A DNA stretch of 64,000 bases. Origin: Amphiscolops sp. MND2022. Taxonomy: Eukaryota. The notes below the pieces were generated by a model. It saw nothing but the letters and a program-made list of their open reading frames with translations, had not been told where the DNA came from and did not search any database. Position numbers and translations under genes: made by a program. The DNA lies in contig CAXLNC010000509.1 in the NCBI GenBank assembly GCA_964187785.1, forward strand, positions 434,001 to 498,000, read 5' to 3'. Shown here piece by piece: positions 49,501 to 62,599 of this stretch. Every line of letters starts with the position of its first letter. Position 1 is the first letter of the stretch.

Positions 49501-52500
49501 GAGGAAAGTTTGGTAATTCAATTATGTCAGAAGATCCTCCCCCTTTTCCATTCACAAAACTTTCGATTTGAATTTAAGTCAAGGTTTGTTGAGGAAAGTT
49601 TGGAAACTCAGAAGTGTCAGATATTTTCGCCTGCATTTTTAATCTACTGATAGGGGTGCAGTGGTTGTAATCAGGTGAATTCTCAAAAAACATTCTTTTG
49701 GAAAATTTCACTTTGATATTAACTCGAAATTCGTTGGTAAAGTTTGAAAAATCAAATCTGTCAGAAGATCTAGCCCCCATTTCTTTCCACAAAATTTTCA
49801 ATTTGATTTCAAGTGAAGTTTAGTTCAGGAAAGTTTGGAATTTCAGAAGTGTCCAATTTTTTCGCCTGCATTTTTTATCAACTAACTGGGCGATACTGAT
49901 TGTAATCGGTTGAATTCCTAAAAAGCGTTCGGGAAACTTCAATCTGGTATTATTTCGAAATTCGTTGAGGAAAGTTTGGAAATTCAATTATGTCAGAAAA
50001 TCCTCCCCCTTTTCCATTCACAAAACTTTCGATTTGAATTGAAGTCAAATTTTGTTGAGGAAATTTTGGAAACTCAGAAAAGTCAGTTATTTTCGCCTGC
50101 ATTTTCAATCTACTGATTGGGGTGCAGTGGTTGTAAACGGGTGAATTCTCAAAAAACATTCTTTTGGAAAATTTCACTTTGATATTAATTCGAAATTCGT
50201 TGGGGAAAGTTTGAAAAATCAAATCTGTCAGAAGATCTAGCCCCCATTTCTTTTCACAAAAATTTCAATTTGATTTCAAGTGAAGTTTAGTTCAGGAAAG
50301 TTTGGAATTTCAGAAGTGTCCAATTTTTTCGCCTGCATTTTTTTATCAACTAACTGGGCGATACTGATTGTAATCGGTTGAATTCCTAAAAAGCGTTCGG
50401 GAAACTTCAATCTGGTATTATTTCGAAATTCGTTGAGGAAAGTTTGGAAATTCAATTATGCCAGAAGATCCTCCCCCTTTTCCATTCACAAAACTTTCGA
50501 TTTGAATTTAAGTCAAATTTTGTTGAGGAAATTTTGGAAACTCAGAAAAGTCAGTTATTTTCGCCTGCATTTTTAATCTACTGATTGGGGTGCAGTGGTT
50601 ATAAACGGGTGAATTCTCAAAAAACATTCTTTTGGAAAATTTCACTTTGATATTAATTCGAAATTCGTTGGGGAAAGTTTGAAAAATCAAATCTGTCAGA
50701 AGATCTAGCCCCCATTTCTTTTCACAAAAATTTCAATTTGATTTCAAGTGAAATTTAGTTCAGGAAAGTTTGGAATTTCAGAAGTGTCCATTTTTTTCGC
50801 CTGCATTTTATTATCTACTAACTGGGCAATACTGATTGTAATCGGGTGAATTCCTAAAAAGCGTTCGGGAAATTTCAATCTGGTATTATTTCGAAATTCG
50901 TTGAGGAAAGTTTGGAAATTCAATTATGTCAGAAGATCCTCCCCCTTTTCCATTCACAAAACTTTCGATTTGAATTTAAGTCAAATTTTGTTGAGGAAAT
51001 TTTGGAAACTCAGAAAAGTCAGTTATTTTCGCCTGCATTTTTAATCTACTGATTGGGGTGCAGTGGTTGTAAACGGGTGAATTCTCAAAAAACATTCTTT
51101 TGGAAAATTTCACTTTGATATTAATTCGAAATTCGTTGGGGAAAGTTTGAAAAATCCAATCTGTCAGAAGATCTAGCCCCCATTTCTTTTCACAAAAATT
51201 TCAATATGATTTCAAGTGAAAGTTAGTTCAGGAAAGTTTGGAATTTCAGAAGGGTCCATTTTTTTCGCCTGCATTTTATTATCTACTAACTGGGCAATAC
51301 TGATTGTAATCGGGTGAATTCCTAAAAAGCGTTCGGGAAATTTCAATCTGGTATTATTTCGAAATTCGTTGAGGAAAGTTTGGAAATTCAATTATGTCAG
51401 AAGATCCTCCCCCTTTTCCATTCACAAAACTTTCGATTTGAATTTAACTCAAATTTTGTTGAGGAAAGTTTGGAAACTCAGAAGTGTCAGTTATTTTCGC
51501 CTGCATTTTTAATCTACTGATTGGGGTGCAGTGGTTGTAATCGGGTGAATTCTCAAAAATCATTCTTTTGGAAAATTTCACTTTGATATTAATTCGAAAT
51601 TCGTTGGGGAAAGTTTGAAAAATCAAATCTGTCAGAAGATCTAGCCCCCATTTCTTTTCAGAAAAATTTCAATTTGATTTCACAAGAAATTTAGTTCAGG
51701 AAAGTTTGGAATTTCAGAAGTGTCCAATTTTTTCGCCTGCATTTTTTTATCTACTAACTGGGCGATACTGATTGTAATCGGGTGAATTCCTAAAAAGCGT
51801 TCAGAAAATGTCAATTTGGTATAATTCGAAATTCGTTGGGGAAAGTTTGAAAACTCAAATCTGACAGAAAAACTAGCTCCCTTTTCTATTCACAAAAATT
51901 TCACTTTGATTTCAATTGGAAACTCGTTCATGAAAAATTGGACTTTCAGAAGTGTCCAATTTTTTTGCCTGCATTTTTTAATGTACTAACTGGGCAATAC
52001 TGATTGTAATCGGGTGAATTCGTAAAAAGCGTTCGGGAAATTTCAATCTGGTATTATTTCGAAATTCGTTGAGGAAAGTTTGGAAATTCAATTATGTCAG
52101 AAGATCCTCCCCCTTTTCCTTTCACAAAACTTTCGATTTGAATTTAAGTCAAATTTTGTTGAGGAAAGTTTGGAAACTCAGAAGTGTCAGTTATTTTCGC
52201 CTGCATTTATAATCTACTGATTGGGGTGCAGTGGTTGTAATCGGGTGAATTCTCAAAAAACATTCTCTTGGAAAATTTCACTTTGATATTAATTCGAAAT
52301 TCGTTGGGGAAAGTTTGAAAAATCAAATCTGTCAGAAGATCTAGCCCCCATTTCTTTTCACAAAAATTTCAATTTGATTTCAAGTAAAATTTAGTTCAGG
52401 AAAGTTTGGAATTTCAGAAGCGTCAATTTTTTTCGCCTGCATTTTATTATCTACTAACTGGGCAATACTGATTGTAATCGGGTGAATTCCTAAAAAGCGT

Positions 52501-52750
52501 TCGGGAAATTTCAATCTGGTATTATTTCGAAATTCGTTGAGAAAAGTTTGGAAATTCAATTATGTCAGAAGATCCTCCCCCTTTTCCATTCTTTCGATTT
52601 GAATTTAAGTCAAATTTTGTTGAGGAAAGTTTGGAAACTCAGAAGTGTCAGTTATTTTCGCCTGCATTTTTAATCTACTGATTGGGGTGCAGTGGTTGTA
52701 ATCGGGTGAATTCTCAAAAAACATTCTTTTGGAAAATTTCACTTTGATAT
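49500..52750. repeat. 2-monomer HOR (~468 bp)
   Basis: AACTCAGAAAAGTCAG at ~50071, 50539 and 51007. Boundaries approximate. Confidence 0.8.
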
Positions 52751-55500
52751 TAATTCGAAATTCGTTGGGGAAAATTTGCAAAATCAAATCTGTCAGAAGA
52801 TCTAGCCCCCATTTCTTTTCAGAAAAATTTCAATTTGATTTCAAAAGAAATTTAGTACAGGAAAGTTTGGAATTTCAGAAGTGTCCAATTTTTTCGCCTG
52901 CATTTTTTTATCTACTAACTGGACGATACTGATTGTAATCGGGTGAATTCCTAAAAAGCGTTCAGACAATTTCAATTTGGTATAATTCGAAATTCGTTGG
53001 GGAAAGTTTGAAAACTCAAATCTGACAGAAGATCTAGCTCCCTTTTCTATTCACAAAATTTTCAATGTGATTTCAAGTGAAATTTAGTTCTAGAAAGTTT
53101 GGAATTTCAGAAGTGTCCAATTTTTTCGCCTGCATTATTTATCTACTAACTGGACGATACTGATTGTAATCGGGTGAATTCCTAAAAAGCGTTCAGACAA
53201 TTTCAATTTGGTATAATTCGAAATTCGTTGGGGAAAGTTTGAAAACTCAAATCTGACAGAAAAACTAGCTCCCTTTTCTATTCACAAAAATTTCACTTTG
53301 ATTTCAATTGGAAATTCGTTCAGGAAAGTTTGGACTTTCAGAAGTGCCCAATTTTTTTGCCTGCATTTTTTAATCTACTAACTGGGCGATACTGATTGTA
53401 ATCGGGTGAATTCCTAAACAGCTTTCGGGAAATTTCAATCTGGTATTATTTCGAAAATCATTGAGGAAAGTTTGAAAATTCAAATATGTCAGAAGATCCT
53501 CCCCTTTTCTATTCACAAAACTTTCGATTTGACTTTAAGTCAAATTTTGTTGAGGAAAGTTCGGAAACTCAGAGGTGTCAGTTAATTTCGCCTGCATTTT
53601 TTATCTACTGACTGGGGGCAGTGGTTGTATTCGGGTGAATTCTCAAAAAGCATTCTTTTGGAAAATTTCACTTTGATATTAATTCGAAATTCGTTGGGGA
53701 AAGTTTGAAAAATCAAATCTGTCAGAAGATCTAGCCCCCATTTCTTTTCAGAAAAATTTCAATTTGATTTCAAAAGAAATTTAGTACAGGAAAGTTTGGA
53801 ATTTCAGAAGTGTCCAATTTTTTCGCCTGCATTTTTTTATCTACTAACTGGACGATACTGATTGTAATCGGGTAAATTCCTAAAAAGCGTTCAGACAATT
53901 TCAATTTGGTATAATTCGAAATTCGTTGGGGAAAGTTTGAAAACTCAAATCTGACAGAACATCTAGCTCCCTTTTCTATTCACAAAATTTTCAATGTGAT
54001 TTCAAGTGAAATTTAGTTCTGGAAAGTTTGGAATTTCAGAAGTGTCCAATTTTTTCGCCTGCATTATTTATCTACTAACTGGACGATACTAATTGTAATC
54101 GGGTGAATTCCTAAAAAGCGTTCAGACAATTTCAATTTGGTATAATTCGAAATTCGTTGGGGAAAGTTTGAAAACTCAAATCTGACAGAAAAACTAGCTC
54201 CCTTTTCTATTCACAAAATTTTCACTTTGATTTCAATTGGAAATTCGTTCAGGAAAGTTTGGACTTTCAGAAGTGCCCATTTTTTTTGCCTGCATTTTTT
54301 AATCTACTAACTGGGCGATACTGATTGTAATCGGGTGAATTCCTAAACAGCTTTCGGGAAATTTCAATCTGGTATTATTTCGAAAATCGTTGAGGAAAGT
54401 TTGAAAATTCAAATATGTCAGAAGATCCTCCCCTTTTCTATTCACAAAACTTTCGATTTGACTTTAAGTCAAATTTTGTTGAGGAAAGTTCGGAAACTCA
54501 GAGGTGTCAGTTAATTTCGCCTGCATTTTTTATCTACTGACTGGGGGCAGTGGTTGTATTCGGGTGAATTCTCAAAAAGCATTCTTTTGGAAAATTTCAC
54601 TTTGATATTAATTCGAAATTCGTTGGGGAAAGTTTGAAAAATCAAATCTGTCAGAAGATCTAGCCCCCATTTCTTTTCAGAAAAATTTCAATTTGATTTC
54701 AAAAGAAATTTAGTACAGGAAAGTTTGGAATTTCAGAAGTGTCCAATTTTTTCGCCTGCATTTTTTTATCTACTAACTGGACGATACTGATTGTAATCGG
54801 GTGAATTCCTAAAAAGCGTTCAGACAATTTCAATTTGGTATAATTCGAAATTCGTTGGGGAAAGTTTGAAAACTCAATTCTGACAGAAGATCTAGCTCCC
54901 TTTTCTATTCACAAAATTTTCAATGTGATTTCAAGTGAAATTTAGTTCTGGAAAGTTTGGAATTTCAGAAGTGTCCAATTTTTTCGCCTGCATTATTTAT
55001 CTACTAACTGGACGATACTGATTGTAATCGGGTGAATTCCTAAAAAAGCGTTCAGACAATTTCAATTTGGTATAATTCGAAATTCGTTGGGGAAAGTTTG
55101 AAAACTCAAATCTGACAGAAAAACTAGCTCCCTTTTCTTTTCACAAAAATTTCACTTTGATTTCAATTGGAAATTCGTCCAGGAAAGTTTGGACTTTCAG
55201 AAGTGCCCAATTTTTTTGCCTGCATTTTTTAATCTACTAACTGGGCGATACTGATTGTAATCGGGTGAATTCCTAAACAGCTTTCGGGAAATTTCAATCT
55301 GGTATTATTTCTAAATTCGTTGAGGAAAGTTTGAAAATTCAAATTTGTCAGAAGATCCTCCCCTTTTCTATTCACAAAACTTTCGATTTGACTTTAAGTC
55401 AAATTTTGTTGAGGAAAGTTCGGAAACTCAGAGGTGTCAGTTAATTTCGCCTGCATTTTTTATCTACTGACTGGGGGCAGTGGTTGTATTCGGGTGAATT
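52750..55500. repeat. 4-monomer HOR (~930 bp), about 3 copies
   Basis: GAAATTTAGTACAGG at 52847, 53776 and 54705. Confidence 0.85.
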
Positions 55501-58500
55501 CTCAAAAAGCATTCTTTTTTGAAAAATTCAAATTGATTCTATTTCGAAATTCATTGAGGAAGTTGGAAAATTCAATTATGTCAGAAGATCTTCCCCCTTC
55601 TCCATTCCCAAAACTTTAGATTTGAATTTAAGTCAAACTTTGTTGAGGAATTTCAGAAGTGCCCGATTTTCTCGCCCGCTTCTTCAATCAACTAACTTAC
55701 TGGTTGTAACGGGTGAACCAAAAAGCACTCTTTCGGAAAACTTCAAATTGATATTAATTCGAAACTCGTTGAGGAAAGTTTGGAAATTCAAATATGTCAG
55801 AAGGTCTCACCCCTTTTTCCTATCACAAAAATTTAGGTTTGATTTTGAATCAAGTTTCGTTGGAGAAAATTTGGAATTTCAGAAGTGTCAGATTTTCTCG
55901 CCTGCTTTTTCAATCAACTAACTTACTGGTTGTAATCGGGTGAACCAAAAAGCACTCATTCGGAAAATTTCAATTGAATATTAATTCGAAATTCGTTGAG
56001 GAAAGTTTGGATATTCAATTATGTCTGAAGACCTTTCCCCTTTTCCATTCACAAAACTTTCGATCTGAATTTAAGTCAAACTTTGTTGATGAAAGTTTGG
56101 AAACTCGGAGGTGCTAGATATTTTCGCCTGCATTTTGTATCTACTGACTGGGGGATGGGCAGTGGTTGTAGTCGGGTGAATTCCCAAAAAAGCATTTTTT
56201 CGGAGAATTTCACTTCGATATTAATTCGAAATTCGTCGAGGAAAGTTTGAAAATTCAAATCTGTCAGAAGATCTTGCCCCATTTTCTTTTCACAAAAAAA
56301 TCAATTTAATTCCACATGAAATTTCGTTGAGGAAAATTTGGAATTTCAGAAGTGTCACATTTTTTCGCCTTCATTTTTCTATCTACTAACTGGGCGATAC
56401 TGATTGTAATCGGGTGAATTCCCAAAAAAGCACTATTTCAATTAGTTCGAAACTCATTGAGGAAAATTTGGAATTTCAAATATGTCAGAAGATCTTCCCC
56501 CTTTTCCATTCACAAAACTTTCGATTTGAAATCAAGTCAAATTTTGTTGAGGAAAGTTTGGAAACTCAGAGGTGTCAAGTAGTTTCGCTTGCATTTTTTG
56601 TCTAGTGACTGGGGGCAGTGGTTTTAATTGGGTGAATTCTCAAGAAGCGTTCTCTCGGAAAATTTTACTTTGATATTAATTCGAAATTCGTTGAGGGAAG
56701 TTTGAAAAATCAAATCTGTCAGAAGATCTAGCCCCCTTTTCTATTCACAAAAATTTCAATGTGATTTCAAGTGAAATTTAGTTCCGGAAAGTTTGGAATT
56801 TCAGAAGTGTCCAATTTTTTTGCCTGCATTTTTTTATATACTAACTGGGCAATACTGATTGTAATCGGGTGAATTCCTAAAATGCGTTCAGAAAATTTCA
56901 ATTTGGTGTTAATTCGAAATTCGTTGAGGAAAGTTTGAAAAATCAAATCTGTCCGAAGATCTAGCCACCTTTTCTCTTCACAAAAATTTCAATTTGATTT
57001 CAATTGAAAATTCGTTCAGGAAAGTTTGGAATTTCAGAAGTGTCCAATTTTTTCGCCTGCATTTTTTTATCTACTAACTGGGCAATACTGATTGTAATCG
57101 GGTGATATCCTAAAAAGCGTTCGGGAAATTTCAATCTGATATTATTTCGAAATTCGTTGAGAAGAGGTTTGGAAATTCAATCATGTCAGAAAATCCTTCC
57201 CCTTTTCCATTCACAAAACTTTCGATTTGAATTTAAGTCAAATTTTGTTGAGGAAAGTTTGGAAACTCAGAAGTGTCAGTTATTTTCGCCTGCATTTTTT
57301 ATCTACTGATTGGGGCGCAGTGGTTGTAATGGGGTCAATTCTCAAAAAGCATTCTTTCGGAAAATTTCACTTTGATAATAATTCGAATTTCGTTGGGGAA
57401 AGTTTGAAAACTCAAATCTGACAGAAGATCTAGCTCCCTTTTCTATTCACAAAACTTTCAATGTGATTTCAAGTGAAATTTAGTTCAGGAAAGTTTGGAA
57501 GTTCAGAAGTGTCCAATTTTTTCGCCTGCATTTTTCATCTTCAAACTGGGCGATACTGATTGTAATTGGGTGAATTCCTAAAAAAGCGTTCAGAAAATTT
57601 CAATTTGGTATTAATTCGAAATTCGTTGAGGAAAGTTTGAAAACTCAAATCTGTCAGAAGATCTAGCCCCCTTTTCTATTCACCAACATTTCTTTTTGAT
57701 TTCAATTGGAAATTCGTTCAGGAATGTTTGGATTTTCAGAAGTGTCCAATTTTTTCGCCTGCATTTTTTTATCTACAAACTGGGCAATACTGATTGTAAT
57801 CGGATGAATTCCTGAAAAGCGTTCGGAAAATATTAATTTGGTATTAATTCGAAATTTGTTGAGGAAAGTTTGAAAATTCAAATCTGTCAGAAGATCTAGC
57901 CCCTTTTTCTTTTCAGAAAAATTTCAATTCGATTTCAAGTGAACTTTAGTTCAGGAAAGTTTGGAATTTCAGAAGTGTCCAATTTTTTCGCCTGCATTTT
58001 TTTATCTACAAACTGGGCAATACTGATTGTAATCGGGTGAATTCCTGAAAAGCGTTCGGAAAATATTAATTTGGTATTATTTCGAAATTCGTTGAGGAAA
58101 GTTTAGAAATTCAATAATGTCAGAAGATCTTCCCCCTTTTCTATTCACAAAACTTTCGATTTGATTTTAAGTCAACTTTTGTTGAGGAAACTTTGGAAAC
58201 TCAGAGGTGTCAGTTATTTTCGCCTGCATTTTTATCTACTGATTGGAGTGCAGTAGTTGAAAACGGGATAATTCTCGAAAAACATTCTTTCGGAAAATTT
58301 CACTTTGATATTAATTCGAATTTCGTTGGGAAAAGTTTGAAAAATCTAATCTGTCAGAAGATCTAGCCTCTTTTCTTCTCACAAAATTTTCAATTTGATT
58401 TCAAGAGAAATTTGGTTCAGGAATGTTTGGAATTTCGGAAGTGTCAGACAGTTTCGCCTGCATTTTCAATATACTAACTGGGCGATACTGATTGTAATCG

Positions 58501-61500
58501 GGTGAACTCCTAAGAAGCGTTCGGAAAATATTAATTTGGTATTAATTCGAAATTTGTTGAGGAAAGTTTGAAAATTCAAATCTGTCAGACGATCTAGCCC
58601 CCTTTTCTATTCAGAAAAATTTCAATTTGATTCCAAGTGAAGATTCGTTCACGAAAGTTTAGAATTTCAGAAGTGTCCAATTTTTCAATCAAATTTCGTT
58701 GAGAAAAGTTTGGAATTTCAGAAGTGTCAGAGTTTATCGCCTGCATTTTCAATATACTAACTGGGGGTACTGGTTGTAATCGGGTGAATTCCCAAAGAGC
58801 ATCCTTTCGGAAAGTTTCATTTGATTTTAAATCGAAACTCGTTGGGCAAAGTTTGGGAATTCAAATATGTCAGAAAATCCTGCCTCCTTTTCCATTCACA
58901 AAGTTTTCAATTTAATTTTAGGTGACATTTCGTTGAGGAAAGTGTAGATTTTCAGAAGTGTCAGATTTTCTTGCCTGCATTTTCAATATACTAACTGGGG
59001 GTACTGGTTGTAACCGGGTGAAATCCCAAAGAGCATTCTTTCGGAAAGTTTCAATTGATTTCATTTCGAAATTTGTTGAGTAGAGTTTGGAAATTCAAAT
59101 AAGTCAAAAGATCTCACCCCCTGTTCCATTCACAGAAACTTCAATTTAATTTTAAGTCAAGTTTCGTTGAGGAAAGTTTGGAAGTTCAGAGATGTCAGAT
59201 TTTCTCGCCTGCGTTTTCAATCAAATACCTTACTGGTTGTAATCGAGTGATTTCCCAAAAAGCATTCTTTCAGAAAAATTCATTTTGATTTCATTTCGAA
59301 ATTCGATGAGGAAACTTTGAAAATTCAAATATGTCCGAAGATCTTGCCCCCTTTTCCATTCAAAGACGTTTCAGTTTGATTTTAACTCTAATTTCGCTGA
59401 GGAGAGTTTGGAAATACAGAGGTGTCAAATTTTCTTGCCTGCATTTTTTATCTACAAACGTGGGGGGGGGGGGGGGCGTCGTTGTTATCGGGTGAAATCC
59501 CAAAAATCATCCTTTTGGAAAGTTTCAATTGATTTTGATTCGAAATTTGTTGAGGAAAATTTGGTAATTCAAAATGTCAAAAAACCCTGCCTCCTTTTCA
59601 ATTCACAAAATTTTGTATTTGATTTTAAGCGATATTTCGTTCAGGAAAGTTTAAAATTTCACAGCTGTCAGATTTTCTCGCCTCTTTTTTCAATCAACTA
59701 ACTTTCTGGTTGTAATTGTGTCAGTTCTCAAAAAACATTCTTTCGGAAAACTACAGTTAGGACTACAGCTCGAAATTCATTGAGAAAAATTTGGAATTTC
59801 AAATATGTCAGAAGATCTCGCCCCCTCTCCCCTTCACAAAACTTTCAATTTAAAATTAAGTCAATTTTCGTTGAGGAAAGTTTGGAATTTCAGAAGTGTC
59901 ATATTTTCTCGCCTGCATTTTCAATATACTAACTGGAGGTACTGGTTGTAATGGGGTGAATTCCCAAAGAGCATTCTCTCGGAAAACTTCAATTGATTTC
60001 ATTCCGAAAGTCGTTGAGGAAAGTTTCGAAATACCAATATGTCAAAAGATCTCACCCCCTGTTCCATTTACAAATTTTTCGATTTGATTTTAGGTGATAT
60101 TTCATTGAGGAAAGTTTGGAAGTTCAGATATGTCAGATTTTCTCGCCTGCGTATTCAATCGACTAACTTACTGGTTGTAATTTAGTGATTTCTCAAAAAA
60201 GCAATTTTTCGGACAATTTCAATTTGATTCAATATCGAATTTCGTTGAAGAAAGTTTAAAAGATCAAATGTGTAGAAAAATCTTGCCCCTTTTTCCATTC
60301 ACAAAAACTTTAATTCAATTTTATTCAGCTTTCGTTGAGGAAAATTTGGAAATTCAGAGATGTCAGATAATCTTCCCTGCATTTTTTGTCTTCTAACTGG
60401 CGTGTACTGGTTGTAATCGGGTGAGTTCCCAAAATGCAAATTTTTGAACAATTTCAAATTGCTTTTAAAATGAAATTCGTTGAGAAAAGTTTGAAAAATC
60501 AAGTATGTCAGTATATCTTGCCTTTTTTCCATTCATAAAAGTTTCAATTTGATTTTGTTCAAAACTCGTTGTTGAAAATTTGGATATTCAGAGGTGTCAG
60601 TTTTTCTCGACTGCATTTTTTATTCACTAACTGGGGGTTGTAATCGGGTGAAATCCCAGAAAGCATTCTTTCAGAAAATTTTAATTTTCTTTTAATTCGA
60701 AATTCAATGAGGAAAGTTTGGAAATTGAATTATGTCAGAAAATCTTGCCTCTTTTTCCATTCACAAAAACTCTGATTTTAAGTCAAAATTTGGTGGGCAA
60801 TATTTAGAATTTCAGATGTGTCAGATTTTCTCGCCTGCATTTTTGATATACTAACTGGGGGATACAGGTTTGAATCGGGTGAGTTCCCAAAAAGCAATCG
60901 TTCGGAAAATTTCAGTTTGAATTTAAATCGAAATTCGTTGAGGAAAGTTTGGAAAATCAAATATGTCTGAAAAACTGGCCCCTTTTCCAATCATAAAAGT
61001 TTCACTTTGATTATATTCAAGTGTCTTTGAGGAATATTTGGAATTTCAGAGTTGTCAGTTTTTCTCAACTGCATTTTTTAATTATTAATTGGGTGGTAAT
61101 GGTTGTAATCGGGTGAGTCCCCAAAAAGCAATCTCTCAGAAAATTTTAGTTTCATTTTAAATCGAAAGCTTGGAAAATCAAATATGTTAAAAGATCTCGC
61201 CCCCTTTTCTAACCAGGTAATCTTCGATTCGATTTTAGTTCAAATTCCGCTGAGGAACTTTGGGATTTCAGAGATGTCAGATTTTCTCGCCTGTATTTTT
61301 CATCTACTAACTGGGGGATACAGGTTGTAATCGGGTGAGTTCCCAAAAAGCAATCGTTCGGAAAATTTCAGTTTGATTTTAAATCGAAATTCGTTGAGGA
61401 AAATTTGGAAAATCAAATATGTCCGAAAATCTTGCCGCCTTTTCCATTCATAAAAATTTCAATTTGATTTTATTCAAATGTCTTTGAGGAAAGTTTGGAC

Positions 61501-62599
61501 ATTCAGAGGTGTCAGATTTTCTCGACTGCATTTTTTTACCAACTGGGGGTTGTCATCAGGTGAAATCCCAAAAAGCAATCGTTCGGAAAATTTCAATTTG
61601 AGTTTAAATCGAAATTCTTTGAGGAAAGTTTGAAAAATCTAATAAGTCAGTATATCTTGCCCCTTTTCCATTCATAAAAGTTTCAATTTGTTTTTATTCA
61701 AATTTCGTTGGGGAAAATTTGGACATTCAGAGGTGTCAGATTTTCTCGACTGCAATTTTTGTCTACTAACTGGCGTGTACTGGTTTTGATCGGGTGAGTT
61801 CCCAAAAAGCAAAAATTTGGACAATTTCAATTTGATTTTAAATTGAAATTCGTTGAGGAAAGTTCGAGAAATCAAATATGTCAGTATATCTTGTCCCTTT
61901 TCCATTCATAAAACTTTCAATTCGATTTTATTCAGTTTTCCTGAGGAAAATTTGGACTTTCAGAGGTTTAAGATTTTCTCGACTGCATTATTTTTGCTAA
62001 CTGGGGGTTGTAATTGGGTGAAATCCCAAAAACCATTCTTTCAGAAAAGTTCAATTTTATTTTATTTCGAAATTCGTTGACAAAGTTTAAAAATCAAACA
62101 TGTCAGACAATCTTGACGCCTTTTCCAATCACTAAAATTTCGATTCGATTCTAAGTCAAATTTCGTTGGGGAAAGTTTGGAAATTCAGAGGTGTCACGTT
62201 TTCTTGCCTGCAGTTTTCATCTACTAACTGGTGTGTACTGGTTGTTGGTTGTAATCGAGTTAGTTCGCAAAAAGCAATCTTTCGAAAAAGTTCAATGTTA
62301 TTATTTTTTGGAATTCGTTGAGGAAAGTTTAGAAATGGAAATATGTGAGAATCTCTTGCCTCCTTTTCCATTCACAAAACTTTCAATCTGATTTTAAGTC
62401 AAATTTCGTTGAGCAAAAATTGGAAAATCAGGGACGTCAGTTTTTCTCGACTGCAATTTTTGTCTACTAACTGGAGTGTACTGGTTTTAATCGGGTGAGT
62501 TCTCAAAAAGCAAAGTTTTGGACAATTTCAATTTGATTTTAAATCGAATTTTGTTGAGGAAAGTTTGAAAAATCAAATATGTCAGTATATCTTTCCCCT

